Assembly (NCBI GenBank): GCA_947631705.1
Contig: CANRMJ010000003.1
Coordinates: forward strand, 6,566 to 70,565
From: an uncultured Clostridia bacterium
GTDB taxonomy: Bacteria > Bacillota > Clostridia > Oscillospirales > Acutalibacteraceae
Reading direction: 5' to 3'
Length of the DNA stretch: 64,000 nt
Shown piece by piece: positions 1-8,902 of the stretch (position 1 is the stretch's first letter; each line of letters begins with the position of its first letter). The notes beneath the pieces were generated by a model. That model ran no database searches. It was not told the origin of the DNA and worked only from the letters and a program-made list of their open reading frames with translations. Made by a program: the position numbers and the translations under genes.

Positions 1-3000
1 AAAAAGAAAATTTACACAGTTGCAACGGCTCATTTGGACACTGTATGGAGCTGGGACTTTGAAACTACGGTTTCAAAATATATTTATAATACTCTTGTTG
101 ATAATTTTAAGCTTTTTGAAAAATACCCAACGTATAAATTTAACTTTGAGGGCTCATACCGCTATGAGCTGATGGAAGAATATTATCCTGAGCTGTTTGA
201 AAAGGTTAAAGAATACGTAAGGGCAGGCAGATGGAACGTTTGCGGCTCTGCATTTGAAAACGGAGACACAAATATCCCTTCGCCCGAGGCGCTTTTCAGA
301 AATATACTGATAGGAAATTCTTATTTTGATAAAACATTCGGCAAAAGGAGCGTTGATATCTATTTGCCCGATTGTTTCGGTTTTGGCTGGGCTTTGCCGT
401 CTATAGCCCATCACGCGAATTTAAAGGGATTTACAACGCAAAAGCTTGCTTGGGGTTCCGCATACGGAGTGCCGTTTGATATCGGTAAATGGTACGGCGT
501 TGACGGTGAGTATATTTATGCAAGCGCCAATCCACACGATTATTATTTTACTTTAACACAGCTGCGCAAGTGGGATTTTGTTCTCAACAAATTGAAGGAA
601 AACGAAAAATACGATCTTAACTGGACATACATATTCCACGGTATAGGAGACAGGGGCGGCGCGCCGAAAGAAGAATCGGTTGCCTATGTTGAAAGCGAAA
701 TAAATAAGAACGCTGATGAAAACATTGAGGTTTACGCGGCGGCGGCAGATGAGATTTACCGTGATATAGATGAAAAATTGACAGAAGAACAGCGCGCCAA
801 GCTGCCCGAATGGAAAACGGAGCTTGTTATGCAGAATCACGGCGTAGGCGGCTACACTTCGCGCGCAATAGGCAAGCGTTGGAACAGACGTTGCGAAGAG
901 CTTGCGGATATAGCAGAGAGAAACGGCGTTATAGCCCATTATCTTGGCGCGGGAGATTACAACCGCGATGTTATCACAAAAAGCTGGAAACGCTTTATCG
1001 CCCATCAATTCCATGATGATATGCCCGGCACCTCGGTTCAGCGTGTTTACAGAAGAAGCTGGAATGACTACGCGATGGCGGCAAATCAGTTAACGGGAGA
1101 GTTGGAGGCGTCGGCGGGCGCTGTTGCTTCTATGATGAAAACTGATTTTTGCAGCGGAATTCCCGTTGTTGTTTCAAATCCTATCGAGGCATCGGTTCGC
1201 GGGGCTGTTCAAATTTCTTTAACGGATATAAAGCAACCGTTTGTGCGGATTTTTGACGACGGCGGAAAAGAGGTTAAAAGCCAAATTATTTCAAACGAAA
1301 ACGGGGTTAAGAAAATAATTTTTATTGCTGAGGTTAACAGTATGGGTATGCGCGTTTATGACGTCCGCCCGTCACACGAGCCGTGCAGGATAAAAAGTGA
1401 AATTTCAATTAACACCGATAATGTTATGGAAAATCAAAAGTATATAGTAACCCTCAACAAAAAGGGATGTATAAGTTCAATCCTTGATAAAACAATGGAT
1501 GAAACAGAGCTTTTAAAAGAACCGATTTCTCTCGGTCTGTTCAAGTACACCGGCTCAAAACCGTGGCCCGCTTGGGAAATGAATTATAAAGAGGCTGCGT
1601 GCGAAGCAGACAGAACACCATCACTTGTAACAATCAGTATTGAGGAAAACGGACCGGCAAGGGTTGCCTACAAGGTTGTGCAGCAGGACAAAAACCGTTC
1701 TCTGTTTACAAATATAATCGCGCTCACGGACGGCGGCGAATCAGTTGAGGTTTATTCGGAAATAGAGTGGCAAAATCTTTGTACTATGGCGAAAAACAAA
1801 TTCGCATTCACTTGTGAAAACGAGCAGGCTACATTTGATCTTGGACTCGGCGCTATAAAGCGCGGGAATATGACTGAAAAGCTGTTTGAGGTTCCCGCGC
1901 AAAAATGGGCGGATATCACGGATAAAAACGGTGAATACGGTGTTTCCGTTATAAGCGAATGCAAATACGGCTGGGATAAGTTTAAAGACAACACACTGAG
2001 AATGACCGTTCTTCACACGCCTAAAGGGAATTACAGGATAGACTCAATGCAGTCTATGATGGATATAGGCTTAAACAGATATTCATATGCGATATTCAGT
2101 CATCGCGGAGGCGTTGGCGCCGAAACGCAGCTTGCCGCCAGAAAATTTATTCAGCCTATGACTGCCTATACCACGGAAAAACACGGCGGTGTGCTCGGAA
2201 CGCATTACAGTTTTGCCGAGATTTCCGACAACAGAGTTATCATCCGAGCCGTAAAAATGGCTGAAAACAGTGATGAAATAATCGTTCGTTTTAATGAGGG
2301 CGCAAACGAAAATGTTGACAATTTCACTTTTGAAATGGGAGAGGGAATAGAGTCGGCACGGGAAGTTTACGCAAGCGAGGAGCATAAAAAAGACGCTGTG
2401 GTTAAAGACGGAAGACTTTGCACCTCATTTAAGCCTTATGAAATCAAGAGCTTTGCGCTGACTCTTAAACAGAGCAGTGTCCGCGGACGCAAATCGGAAT
2501 CAACTCCCGTTGAAATTGAATACGATAAAAGTATAATCACAGCTCAAGGCGGCAATAATTCCGATTTTGAAATTAGTATTCCGCGTGAAATAATTCCGAA
2601 TTCAATCAAAGTTGCGGGTGTTGATTTTAAGATTTCTCAAACTGATAAAAACGCTTTCGTTATGAACGGGCAGACTGTTAAAATTGATGAAAGCACCGAA
2701 AAACTGTGCCTTTTATGCGCTTCTCTTTCGGGGGATAAAGATGCCGAATTTTATGTGGACGGCAAACCTGTTTCAAAAAATATTCTTTCCGCCTTTGAAA
2801 ACTTTGCCGATTGGGATTTGCCCGATCTCGGCGATGTTGCTTATGTAAAAAAAGGCAAAATAGGTTATATCGCAACCCATACGCACACAAACGGCAACGA
2901 TAATTTTGCAAAGGGTATGTATTTTTATATCACAGAGATTGATGTTAAAGGCAGGAAAACGGTTACAATGCCCGATGACAGCGGCATAGTTGCAATTTCC

Positions 3001-3186
3001 GCAGCTCAAGTAAGCGCGTTGGGTTCGCCGCTTATCACCGATGTTTTTGATTCTGTTGAAAAACGCAGTCAGCCGTTTAGAATGACTTTTGCCGAAACAC
3101 TGCGTTATATCCGAGGCAGATTCGTTTGGAATTTGTGCGACAAGGACAATTTTATCAGTGATAAAAACCGAGGAAGAATAGTGTGA
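1..3186 (+). CDS. GH38 family alpha-mannosidase, 5' partial (reading frame open from nt 1)
   Basis: Frame 1 is open from nt 1 (KKKIYTVATAHLDTVWSW runs into the track ORF at 34), so the true start lies upstream of the window. GH38-type motifs AHLDTVWSW, HGIGDRGGAP and HQFHDDMPGTS are present, and the ~1050 aa size fits. Confidence 0.85.
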   Translation, partial: KKKIYTVATAHLDTVWSWDFETTVSKYIYNTLVDNFKLFEKYPTYKFNFEGSYRYELMEEYYPELFEKVKEYVRAGRWNVCGSAFENGDTNIPSPEALFRNILIGNSYFDKTFGKRSVDIYLPDCFGFGWALPSIAHHANLKGFTTQKLAWGSAYGVPFDIGKWYGVDGEYIYASANPHDYYFTLTQLRKWDFVLNKLKENEKYDLNWTYIFHGIGDRGGAPKEESVAYVESEINKNADENIEVYAAAADEIYRDIDEKLTEEQRAKLPEWKTELVMQNHGVGGYTSRAIGKRWNRRCEELADIAERNGVIAHYLGAGDYNRDVITKSWKRFIAHQFHDDMPGTSVQRVYRRSWNDYAMAANQLTGELEASAGAVASMMKTDFCSGIPVVVSNPIEASVRGAVQISLTDIKQPFVRIFDDGGKEVKSQIISNENGVKKIIFIAEVNSMGMRVYDVRPSHEPCRIKSEISINTDNVMENQKYIVTLNKKGCISSILDKTMDETELLKEPISLGLFKYTGSKPWPAWEMNYKEAACEADRTPSLVTISIEENGPARVAYKVVQQDKNRSLFTNIIALTDGGESVEVYSEIEWQNLCTMAKNKFAFTCENEQATFDLGLGAIKRGNMTEKLFEVPAQKWADITDKNGEYGVSVISECKYGWDKFKDNTLRMTVLHTPKGNYRIDSMQSMMDIGLNRYSYAIFSHRGGVGAETQLAARKFIQPMTAYTTEKHGGVLGTHYSFAEISDNRVIIRAVKMAENSDEIIVRFNEGANENVDNFTFEMGEGIESAREVYASEEHKKDAVVKDGRLCTSFKPYEIKSFALTLKQSSVRGRKSESTPVEIEYDKSIITAQGGNNSDFEISIPREIIPNSIKVAGVDFKISQTDKNAFVMNGQTVKIDESTEKLCLLCASLSGDKDAEFYVDGKPVSKNILSAFENFADWDLPDLGDVAYVKKGKIGYIATHTHTNGNDNFAKGMYFYITEIDVKGRKTVTMPDDSGIVAISAAQVSALGSPLITDVFDSVEKRSQPFRMTFAETLRYIRGRFVWNLCDKDNFISDKNRGRIV

Positions 3187-3345
3187 TAAACCACACGGAT
3201 GTGATTGCAACAGCCGATTTAGGTGCCAAAAATTTAACTGTTAAATTTTGAGATGGCTAAATTCACATCACGCCTTGTCCGATTTCTGCAAGGAATATCG
3301 TGATTTTAATTACTGTTTGTGGTCAGAAAGGCTATGTAAATTAAT
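3179..3345 (+). repeat. Intergenic repeat family A, copy 1. It fills the whole spacer between the GH38 stop and the fucosidase start.
   Basis: By hand alignment, the last 101 nt (3245-3345) align without gaps to 11195-11295 with 83/101 identical. The 5' part (AATAGTGTGAnAAAnCACAC, CCGATT, AAAATTT) is also shared. Several hairpins are present, including AATTCACAT/ATGTAAATT, CCTTG/CAAGG and ATCACG/CGTGAT. Confidence 0.8.
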
Positions 3346-4728
3346 ATGAGTAATTCATTTGAAAAGAATTGGACGAATTATAACAACGGTTACCCGCTTT
3401 TTGATAACGAGGTGAGCAGATATATTTCTGTAGCGCCGTCAAAAAATCAATACCGCCTGTCAAGAAAGCCGTTTTACTGCTTTGTTCATTTCGGAATGAA
3501 CACCGCAACAGGCAGAGAATGGGGAGCGGGAGTGGAAACCGTTTCGGATTTCAATATAAAAAAAATCAAGCCCGAGCAATGGGTAAACACCGTTAAAGCC
3601 GCGGGCGCAAGCGGCATAATTCTCACCTGCAAGCACCACGACGGATTTTGCCTTTGGCCAACGGAATATAGCTCTTTTTCGGTGAAATACACGGATTATA
3701 AGGGCGATATCGTTAAAGAGGTATCAGACGCGTGCCGTAACGGCGGGATTGATTTCGGCGTGTATTTATCTCCCTGGGATATGCACGAGCCTACTTACGG
3801 AACGCCGGACTACAACGATTATTTCTGCAATCAGCTCACAGAGCTGCTCACGAATTACGGCGAAATAAACGAAGTTTGGTTCGACGGGGCAAAGGGCACA
3901 GGAGCGCGCGAGTTTGAATACGACTGGGATCGCTATTATAAACTGATAAGAACGTTGCAGCCGGACGCAAATATCGCTGTTTGCGGTCCCGATATACGTT
4001 GGGTAGGAAACGAGGCCGGAAAAACAAGAAAATCCGAGTTTTCAGTTGTTCCCGCCTATCTTCGCGATACGGAATCGGTTTCAAAAAACAGCCAGCACGA
4101 TGAAAAAGACGCCGCAAAATTACAGCGCTTAAAATCTACGGATGATGATTTGGGAAGCAGAGCCGTTTTGTCCAAAAATGCCTATCTTTGCTGGTATCCC
4201 GCCGAGGTTGACGTTTCAATACGAAAGGGCTGGTTCTGGTCTAAAAATGAAAATAAAACAGTTAAAAGCTCAAGAAAGCTATTTAATATTTACCTCAATT
4301 CGGTTGGAAATAACTGCACTCTGCTGTTGAATGTTCCGCCAACGTCAAAGGGCGTTATATATTCAAAGGACGTGAGGGTGTTAAAGGGTCTCGGCAAAAA
4401 AATCAACGAAATGACAGAAAATCCGATACTTGTTGAAAGGCTCGGTCAGCTTACCAAAAACGACGGCTTTATAGATTTTGAGTTTGATTCGTTAAAAAAG
4501 CTGAAATACGTTATTATAAGCGAGGACATACGCCTTTCTCAGCGTGTTGAGGCGTTTGATATTTATATTAAAAAGTTAAACGGAAAATATAAAAAAGCCG
4601 CGTCGAAAACGATTATCGGCTCTAAAAAAATCATTAAACTTCGTTCCAAAAAATGTATAGGCGCAAGGCTTGTTATACGTCAAAGCAGAGGCACGCCCGC
4701 AATTTCCGAAATAGGTTTTTATGAATAA
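3346..4728 (+). CDS. GH29 family alpha-L-fucosidase
   Basis: 460-aa ORF with the motifs KHHDGFCLWPT and EVWFDGAKG, characteristic of GH29. It is adjacent to the GH38 gene, consistent with a glycan-degradation pair. Confidence 0.85.
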   Translation: MSNSFEKNWTNYNNGYPLFDNEVSRYISVAPSKNQYRLSRKPFYCFVHFGMNTATGREWGAGVETVSDFNIKKIKPEQWVNTVKAAGASGIILTCKHHDGFCLWPTEYSSFSVKYTDYKGDIVKEVSDACRNGGIDFGVYLSPWDMHEPTYGTPDYNDYFCNQLTELLTNYGEINEVWFDGAKGTGAREFEYDWDRYYKLIRTLQPDANIAVCGPDIRWVGNEAGKTRKSEFSVVPAYLRDTESVSKNSQHDEKDAAKLQRLKSTDDDLGSRAVLSKNAYLCWYPAEVDVSIRKGWFWSKNENKTVKSSRKLFNIYLNSVGNNCTLLLNVPPTSKGVIYSKDVRVLKGLGKKINEMTENPILVERLGQLTKNDGFIDFEFDSLKKLKYVIISEDIRLSQRVEAFDIYIKKLNGKYKKAASKTIIGSKKIIKLRSKKCIGARLVIRQSRGTPAISEIGFYE

Positions 4729-4746
4729 ATATTTTCGTAAAATGAG

Positions 4747-4798
4747 TTTAAAAAACGGGGAAGCCGAACACAATAGGTTTGGCTCTCCGTTGCTTAAA
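4747..4798 (+). repeat. Intergenic hairpin repeat family B, copy 1 (conserved ACAATAG loop)
   Basis: TTTAAaaAACGGGGAAGCCGAAC-ACAATAG-GTTTGGCTCTCCGTTgcTTAAA. The core GAACACAATAGGTTyGGCTCTyCGTTGCTTAA is shared with 22501-22548. Confidence 0.7.
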
Positions 4799-4857
4799 AA
4801 AGAGCTTTGATTGTTCCTAATTAAGCCGAAAAAAGAGATATATAAAGGTATTCAGAT

Positions 4858-5460
4858 ATGAAAAAAGAACTCGGTTTTTTTAAAGTCGGCAATGATTACG
4901 GCTTTAATCAGGACAGATTTTCAAATATAATGATGAAAATGGGAGGCTGCGCAGCCGTTACGGCCTGCGACAGCTTCATTTATTTCAAAAAGCACAAATA
5001 TCTTGAAAGTCTTTATCCATATGATGCCGATATTATAAGTAAAGAAGATTACATTGCCTTTTCAAACATTATAAAACCTTATCTTCACCCGCGTATAAGC
5101 GGTATAGATTCCCTTGAAATATATATAAACGGTGTTAATGCATATCTCTCCGATATGGGCGAAAAAAGGCTTGCTTTAAGCGGTTTTTCGGGAAATGAAA
5201 GCACAGACAGCGCAAGAAACTTTATAGTATCGCAAATTAACGGCGGATATCCGATTCCTTGCCTTACCCTTAGGCACTCAAATCCCGCGCTGAAGGATTT
5301 TGTGTGGCACTGGTATCTTATCACAGGTTACGAAATAACCGATAAAACAACAATGGTAAAGCTTGTTTCCTATGGTGAATATATTATGTTTGACCTTAAC
5401 ACCTTGTGGAATACGGGATATTCGCACAGAGGCGGGCTTATTAAATTTAAAATTGACTGA
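4858..5460 (+). CDS. Hypothetical protein, possibly a papain-fold (C39/BtrH-like) Cys-His peptidase-like protein
   Basis: 200-aa ORF with an AAAGG Shine-Dalgarno about 9 nt upstream. Candidate nucleophile in GGCAAVTACDSF and a downstream His in VWHWYLITGY, in the order expected for a papain-like fold. No signal peptide is evident. The function call is weak. Confidence 0.5.
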   Translation: MKKELGFFKVGNDYGFNQDRFSNIMMKMGGCAAVTACDSFIYFKKHKYLESLYPYDADIISKEDYIAFSNIIKPYLHPRISGIDSLEIYINGVNAYLSDMGEKRLALSGFSGNESTDSARNFIVSQINGGYPIPCLTLRHSNPALKDFVWHWYLITGYEITDKTTMVKLVSYGEYIMFDLNTLWNTGYSHRGGLIKFKID

Positions 5461-5613
5461 AATTGTATGCTGGCGGAACAAATTCATTGTCTTTTTAACT
5501 AAAAAAAGGTACGAGGATTGTTGCATTGTGCCATATTTACAAAAAAATTGTATTTTGATATAATATAATTAATAGTGTAATTCTTTTTTATGAACTTACG
5601 AGGTGATTTTAAA

Positions 5614-8004
5614 GTGAGAAAAATAATGTCTGTTTTAATGTCGCTCGTGCTGTTTGTGTCTGTTGTAACGTTTACAGACGTGAGTATGTTATTTGCCGCC
5701 GCAAGCGGGAGCTGCGGCACAAATGCAACTTATACTTATGACACAGACACAAAAACGCTTACTATCAGCGGTAATGGCACAACAAAAACATATATTAAAG
5801 GAACAGTGGGAGGCATAGGCAGCGCGCCTTGGCACGATTACAGAGAGGAATGCCAGAAAATCATTATAGAAGACGGCATCACAGGTATAGGTTCGTTCAA
5901 CTTCTATAATATGAGTGCCGTTACAAGTGTTGAAATGGCGGATTCCGTTGCAAGTATTGCGATGGGAGCTTTTGACGGTATGACGTCGCTTGAAACGATA
6001 AAATTCGGTGCGGGCGTTAAAACGGTAGGTTCTGAAGCGTTCAGATTTGATTCCTCACTCAGGAGCGTTGAGTTTAACGAAGGGCTCCAGTCGTTGGACG
6101 GATACGCATTTGCCGACTGCACAGCTCTTGAAAGCGTCACTTTCCCGGACAGCCTCACCGATATAGGAGGCACCACCGGCCACGCGTTCGACGGGTGCAC
6201 AAGCCTTACAGACGTAACCTACGGAAATCAGATAACCTCCACGGGAAACTACGCGTTTTATAATGCAGGAGTAAAAAATGTTAATTGGGGAGACAGTGTT
6301 ACAACGGTCAGCCAGTGGTGTTTCTATAACTGCGCTATGACGACTGCTTATATTCCCGAGCAGATTACCGATATAAACACTCGTTCTTTTTCTAACCAGT
6401 TCGCATTAATGAATGTTTATGTTTATAGCAGAACGTGCAATTATAACGGTTTAATTGGCGATGATCCCTTTGCCGGATCTCAGCAGACAATTACTTTCCA
6501 CGGCTATGCCCGCTCAACAACGCAGACTTATGCCGATGAAAAGGGATATAAATTTATTCCGCTTGACGGCTGTATGCACACCAATATGGTTGAAAGTATC
6601 GTAAATGAGGCAACTTGCACGGAAGACGGCGAAAAAAAGTATGTATGCGATGTTTGCGGCTATACCGAAACGGAAGTTATTCCGGCAACAGGGCACTCAT
6701 ATGAAACATATGAAACCTCTGATATGACGGAGCTTGACGGACACATTTATGAATTTCAGCAGTGTACCGTCTGTCAAGAGGAAAACTGTGTTTATACCCA
6801 CAAGGAGTGGGTTGAGGGGCACTATACGGTTACAACAACAGCCACCTGCACAAGAGGCGGATTTGAAACATGGACGTGCGATATTTGCGACACACGTCCT
6901 AAGATAACGTATGTGCAGTCGGGCGGACATAAGATAGATAATTATTCATCTTCCACCGATCCTACCTGCACCGAACCGGGAACCCGCACGGGAGTCTGCA
7001 CCGTATGCGGAGAAAGCGTTACGGAAACCGTGCCCGCAAAAGGTCACACCGAGGATCTTGTGACTACCGAAACAAGAGATAACGGTCATACTTATAATTC
7101 TTACAGATGTTCTGTTTGCTCCAATGAGCGCGATGAAATTGTTCACGACGAGTGGCTTGAGGGATACTACACAACCGATGTTATTTCCGAAGCAAGCTGC
7201 ACCTCAAACGGTCAGACGGAATATACTTGCGACGTCTGCGGAGAAACCAAAACCGAAATACAGAGAATGACGGGTCACAAGCGAGACGGCGGGCAGGTTA
7301 CAAAAGATCCTACATGTACTTCGCCCGGCACCACGTCTTATACATGCCTTAACTGCGGAGATGTTTTGGAAAATCCTTACGCACCGGCGGCGTTAGGTCA
7401 CGATTATACAAATGAAACAGTGCTCAGACCTCCTACATGCACGGAAAGAGGAACGGCACAGCAGCAGTGTTCACGCTGCACCGCGTCAAGAACTTATGAA
7501 ATCGAGGCGCTTGGTCACAATATTGATAATGCTGAGGATTTTCAAGTTTTAAACGAAGCTAATTGCACCGACGAGGGAACGAATCAGGGCACATGTGAAG
7601 TCTGCAAAGAGCTTGTTCAGGTAAAGACACCGGCTCTCGGTCATAATTTTGACGAGGAAAACGCAAGCGTTACCCAGGCGGCAACCTGCACCAAAGAGGG
7701 AACCGCAACCGCTCATTGCACGCGTTGCTCGGAAACCAAAGATATAACGATTCCGGCAACAGGGCACAGCTACAGATTCTGCAATGAGACAGGTGAAGAA
7801 ATTACGGGAAAATGTTTCTATTACGATTGCACAGTTTGCCGTGACAGAGTTAAATATCCGATTTCAATAGTTGTTCCGCTGTTTAACAGCTGCCTTGGTT
7901 ATCACACCGAGGATGTTCCGCTCGATCAGGGCTTTATACTTGATTTTAACGGCGACGGAATTGTTAATATGCGCGATCATAGGTATATTCTGATGTATCA
8001 ATAA
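5614..8004 (+). CDS. Secreted surface protein: BspA-type leucine-rich repeats, tandem Cys-rich CTxxG...CxxC...GH modules, and a single C-terminal dockerin-like Ca-binding loop
   Basis: The track ORF is 5590-8004. The GTG at 5614 is preferred because GAGGTG lies 8 nt upstream (MRKIMSVLMSLVLFVSVVTF is signal-like). LRR units of the type SIAMGAFDGMTSLETIKFGAGVKTVGSEAF lie at about nt 5860-6480. At least 8 modules such as ATCTEDGEKKYVCDVCGYTETEVIPATGH lie at about nt 6610-7850. The loop DFNGDGIVNMRD is at nt 7939-7980. Confidence 0.8.
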   Translation: MRKIMSVLMSLVLFVSVVTFTDVSMLFAAASGSCGTNATYTYDTDTKTLTISGNGTTKTYIKGTVGGIGSAPWHDYREECQKIIIEDGITGIGSFNFYNMSAVTSVEMADSVASIAMGAFDGMTSLETIKFGAGVKTVGSEAFRFDSSLRSVEFNEGLQSLDGYAFADCTALESVTFPDSLTDIGGTTGHAFDGCTSLTDVTYGNQITSTGNYAFYNAGVKNVNWGDSVTTVSQWCFYNCAMTTAYIPEQITDINTRSFSNQFALMNVYVYSRTCNYNGLIGDDPFAGSQQTITFHGYARSTTQTYADEKGYKFIPLDGCMHTNMVESIVNEATCTEDGEKKYVCDVCGYTETEVIPATGHSYETYETSDMTELDGHIYEFQQCTVCQEENCVYTHKEWVEGHYTVTTTATCTRGGFETWTCDICDTRPKITYVQSGGHKIDNYSSSTDPTCTEPGTRTGVCTVCGESVTETVPAKGHTEDLVTTETRDNGHTYNSYRCSVCSNERDEIVHDEWLEGYYTTDVISEASCTSNGQTEYTCDVCGETKTEIQRMTGHKRDGGQVTKDPTCTSPGTTSYTCLNCGDVLENPYAPAALGHDYTNETVLRPPTCTERGTAQQQCSRCTASRTYEIEALGHNIDNAEDFQVLNEANCTDEGTNQGTCEVCKELVQVKTPALGHNFDEENASVTQAATCTKEGTATAHCTRCSETKDITIPATGHSYRFCNETGEEITGKCFYYDCTVCRDRVKYPISIVVPLFNSCLGYHTEDVPLDQGFILDFNGDGIVNMRDHRYILMYQ

Positions 8005-8014
8005 ATTATTTATT

Positions 8015-8043
8015 AAAAGGTGGTAAATTTACCACCTTTTTTC
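8015..8043 (+). terminator. Rho-independent terminator after the LRR protein gene
   Basis: Perfect palindrome AAAAGGTGGTAAATTTACCACCTTTTTT, i.e. a GC-containing stem followed by a T-run. Confidence 0.8.
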
Positions 8044-8191
8044 TTTATAACTATTTACTTTAAATTTAAAATATATTAATATATAACTTAGGCGGGACGC
8101 CTTCCGCGTTTTAGTGCGGCGGAAAAAGTGTGCCCTGCGCTGACTTTTAAGCGTGGGATACTTTGCGGCGTCTTATAATGGAGGTAAAAAT

Positions 8192-8902
8192 ATGGGCATT
8201 GCTTACAAACGGATTTTGCTCAAGCTTTCGGGCGAGGTTCTTGCAGGTTCAAAGATTACGGGAATAGATAACGATACTGTTATTTCAATATGCAAATCGG
8301 TAAAAAAGATTGCCGATATGGGCGTTGAAGTTGGAATAGTTGTCGGCGGAGGAAATTTCTGGAGAGGCAGAACGAGCGAGGGAATGGACAGAACAAGAGC
8401 AGACCATATAGGAATGCTTGCAACGGCAATGAACTCACTTGCGCTTTGTGACGCTCTTGAACAGCTCGGAGCGGTTGTCAGAGTGCAGACGGCAATAGAA
8501 ATGCGTCAGATTGCAGAGCCGTATATCAGAAATAAGGCTATTCGCCATTTTGAGAAAGGCAGAATCGTTATTTTCGGCTGCGGAACGGGCTCGCCGTTTT
8601 TCTCAACAGACACGGCTGCCGCTCTTCGCAGCGTTGAAATAAACGCAGATGTTCTTTTAAAGGCTACAAATGTGGACGGGATTTACGATAAAGACCCAAA
8701 CAAATTTGAAGACGCCGTTAAATTTGATACTTTGTCATTTAAAGAGGCAATTAACCGAGATTTAAAGGTTATGGATTCAACCGCGTTTTCACTCTGCAAA
8801 GACAATGATATGTCTATTCTTGTGTTTAATCTTAACGACCCCGATACTATATGCAAGGCGGTCTGCGGTGAAGCAATAGGCACACTTGTAAAAAATAATT
8901 AA
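8192..8902 (+). CDS. pyrH: UMP kinase
   Basis: [25 protein letters not shown] is typical PyrH. The internal ATG at 8192 is preferred over the track GTG at 8153 because GGAGG lies 7 nt upstream. Confidence 0.95.
   Translation: MGIAYKRILLKLSGEVLAGSKITGIDNDTVISICKSVKKIADMGVEVGIVVGGGNFWRGRTSEGMDRTRADHIGMLATAMNSLALCDALEQLGAVVRVQTAIEMRQIAEPYIRNKAIRHFEKGRIVIFGCGTGSPFFSTDTAAALRSVEINADVLLKATNVDGIYDKDPNKFEDAVKFDTLSFKEAINRDLKVMDSTAFSLCKDNDMSILVFNLNDPDTICKAVCGEAIGTLVKNN

Noticed and set aside
3253-3303. A 16-codon mini-ORF (MAKFTSRLVRFLQGIS) inside repeat A copy 1 could be a leader peptide.
   Set aside because: In copy 2 the same ATG is followed by a TAA after 5 codons (MAKFT), so the peptide is not conserved. 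No convincing SD precedes it.
8153-8191. The ORF track suggests N-terminal extensions for pyrH 8153, cdsA 10173, hup 34638, the fumarase alpha gene 36481, thl 44987, GT4 51635, pfkA 59998, the flippase 32042 and mazG 33794.
   Set aside because: In each case an internal ATG or GTG preceded by a GGAGG-like SD matches the conserved N-terminus of the family. The extension would overlap the upstream gene or a terminator hairpin.
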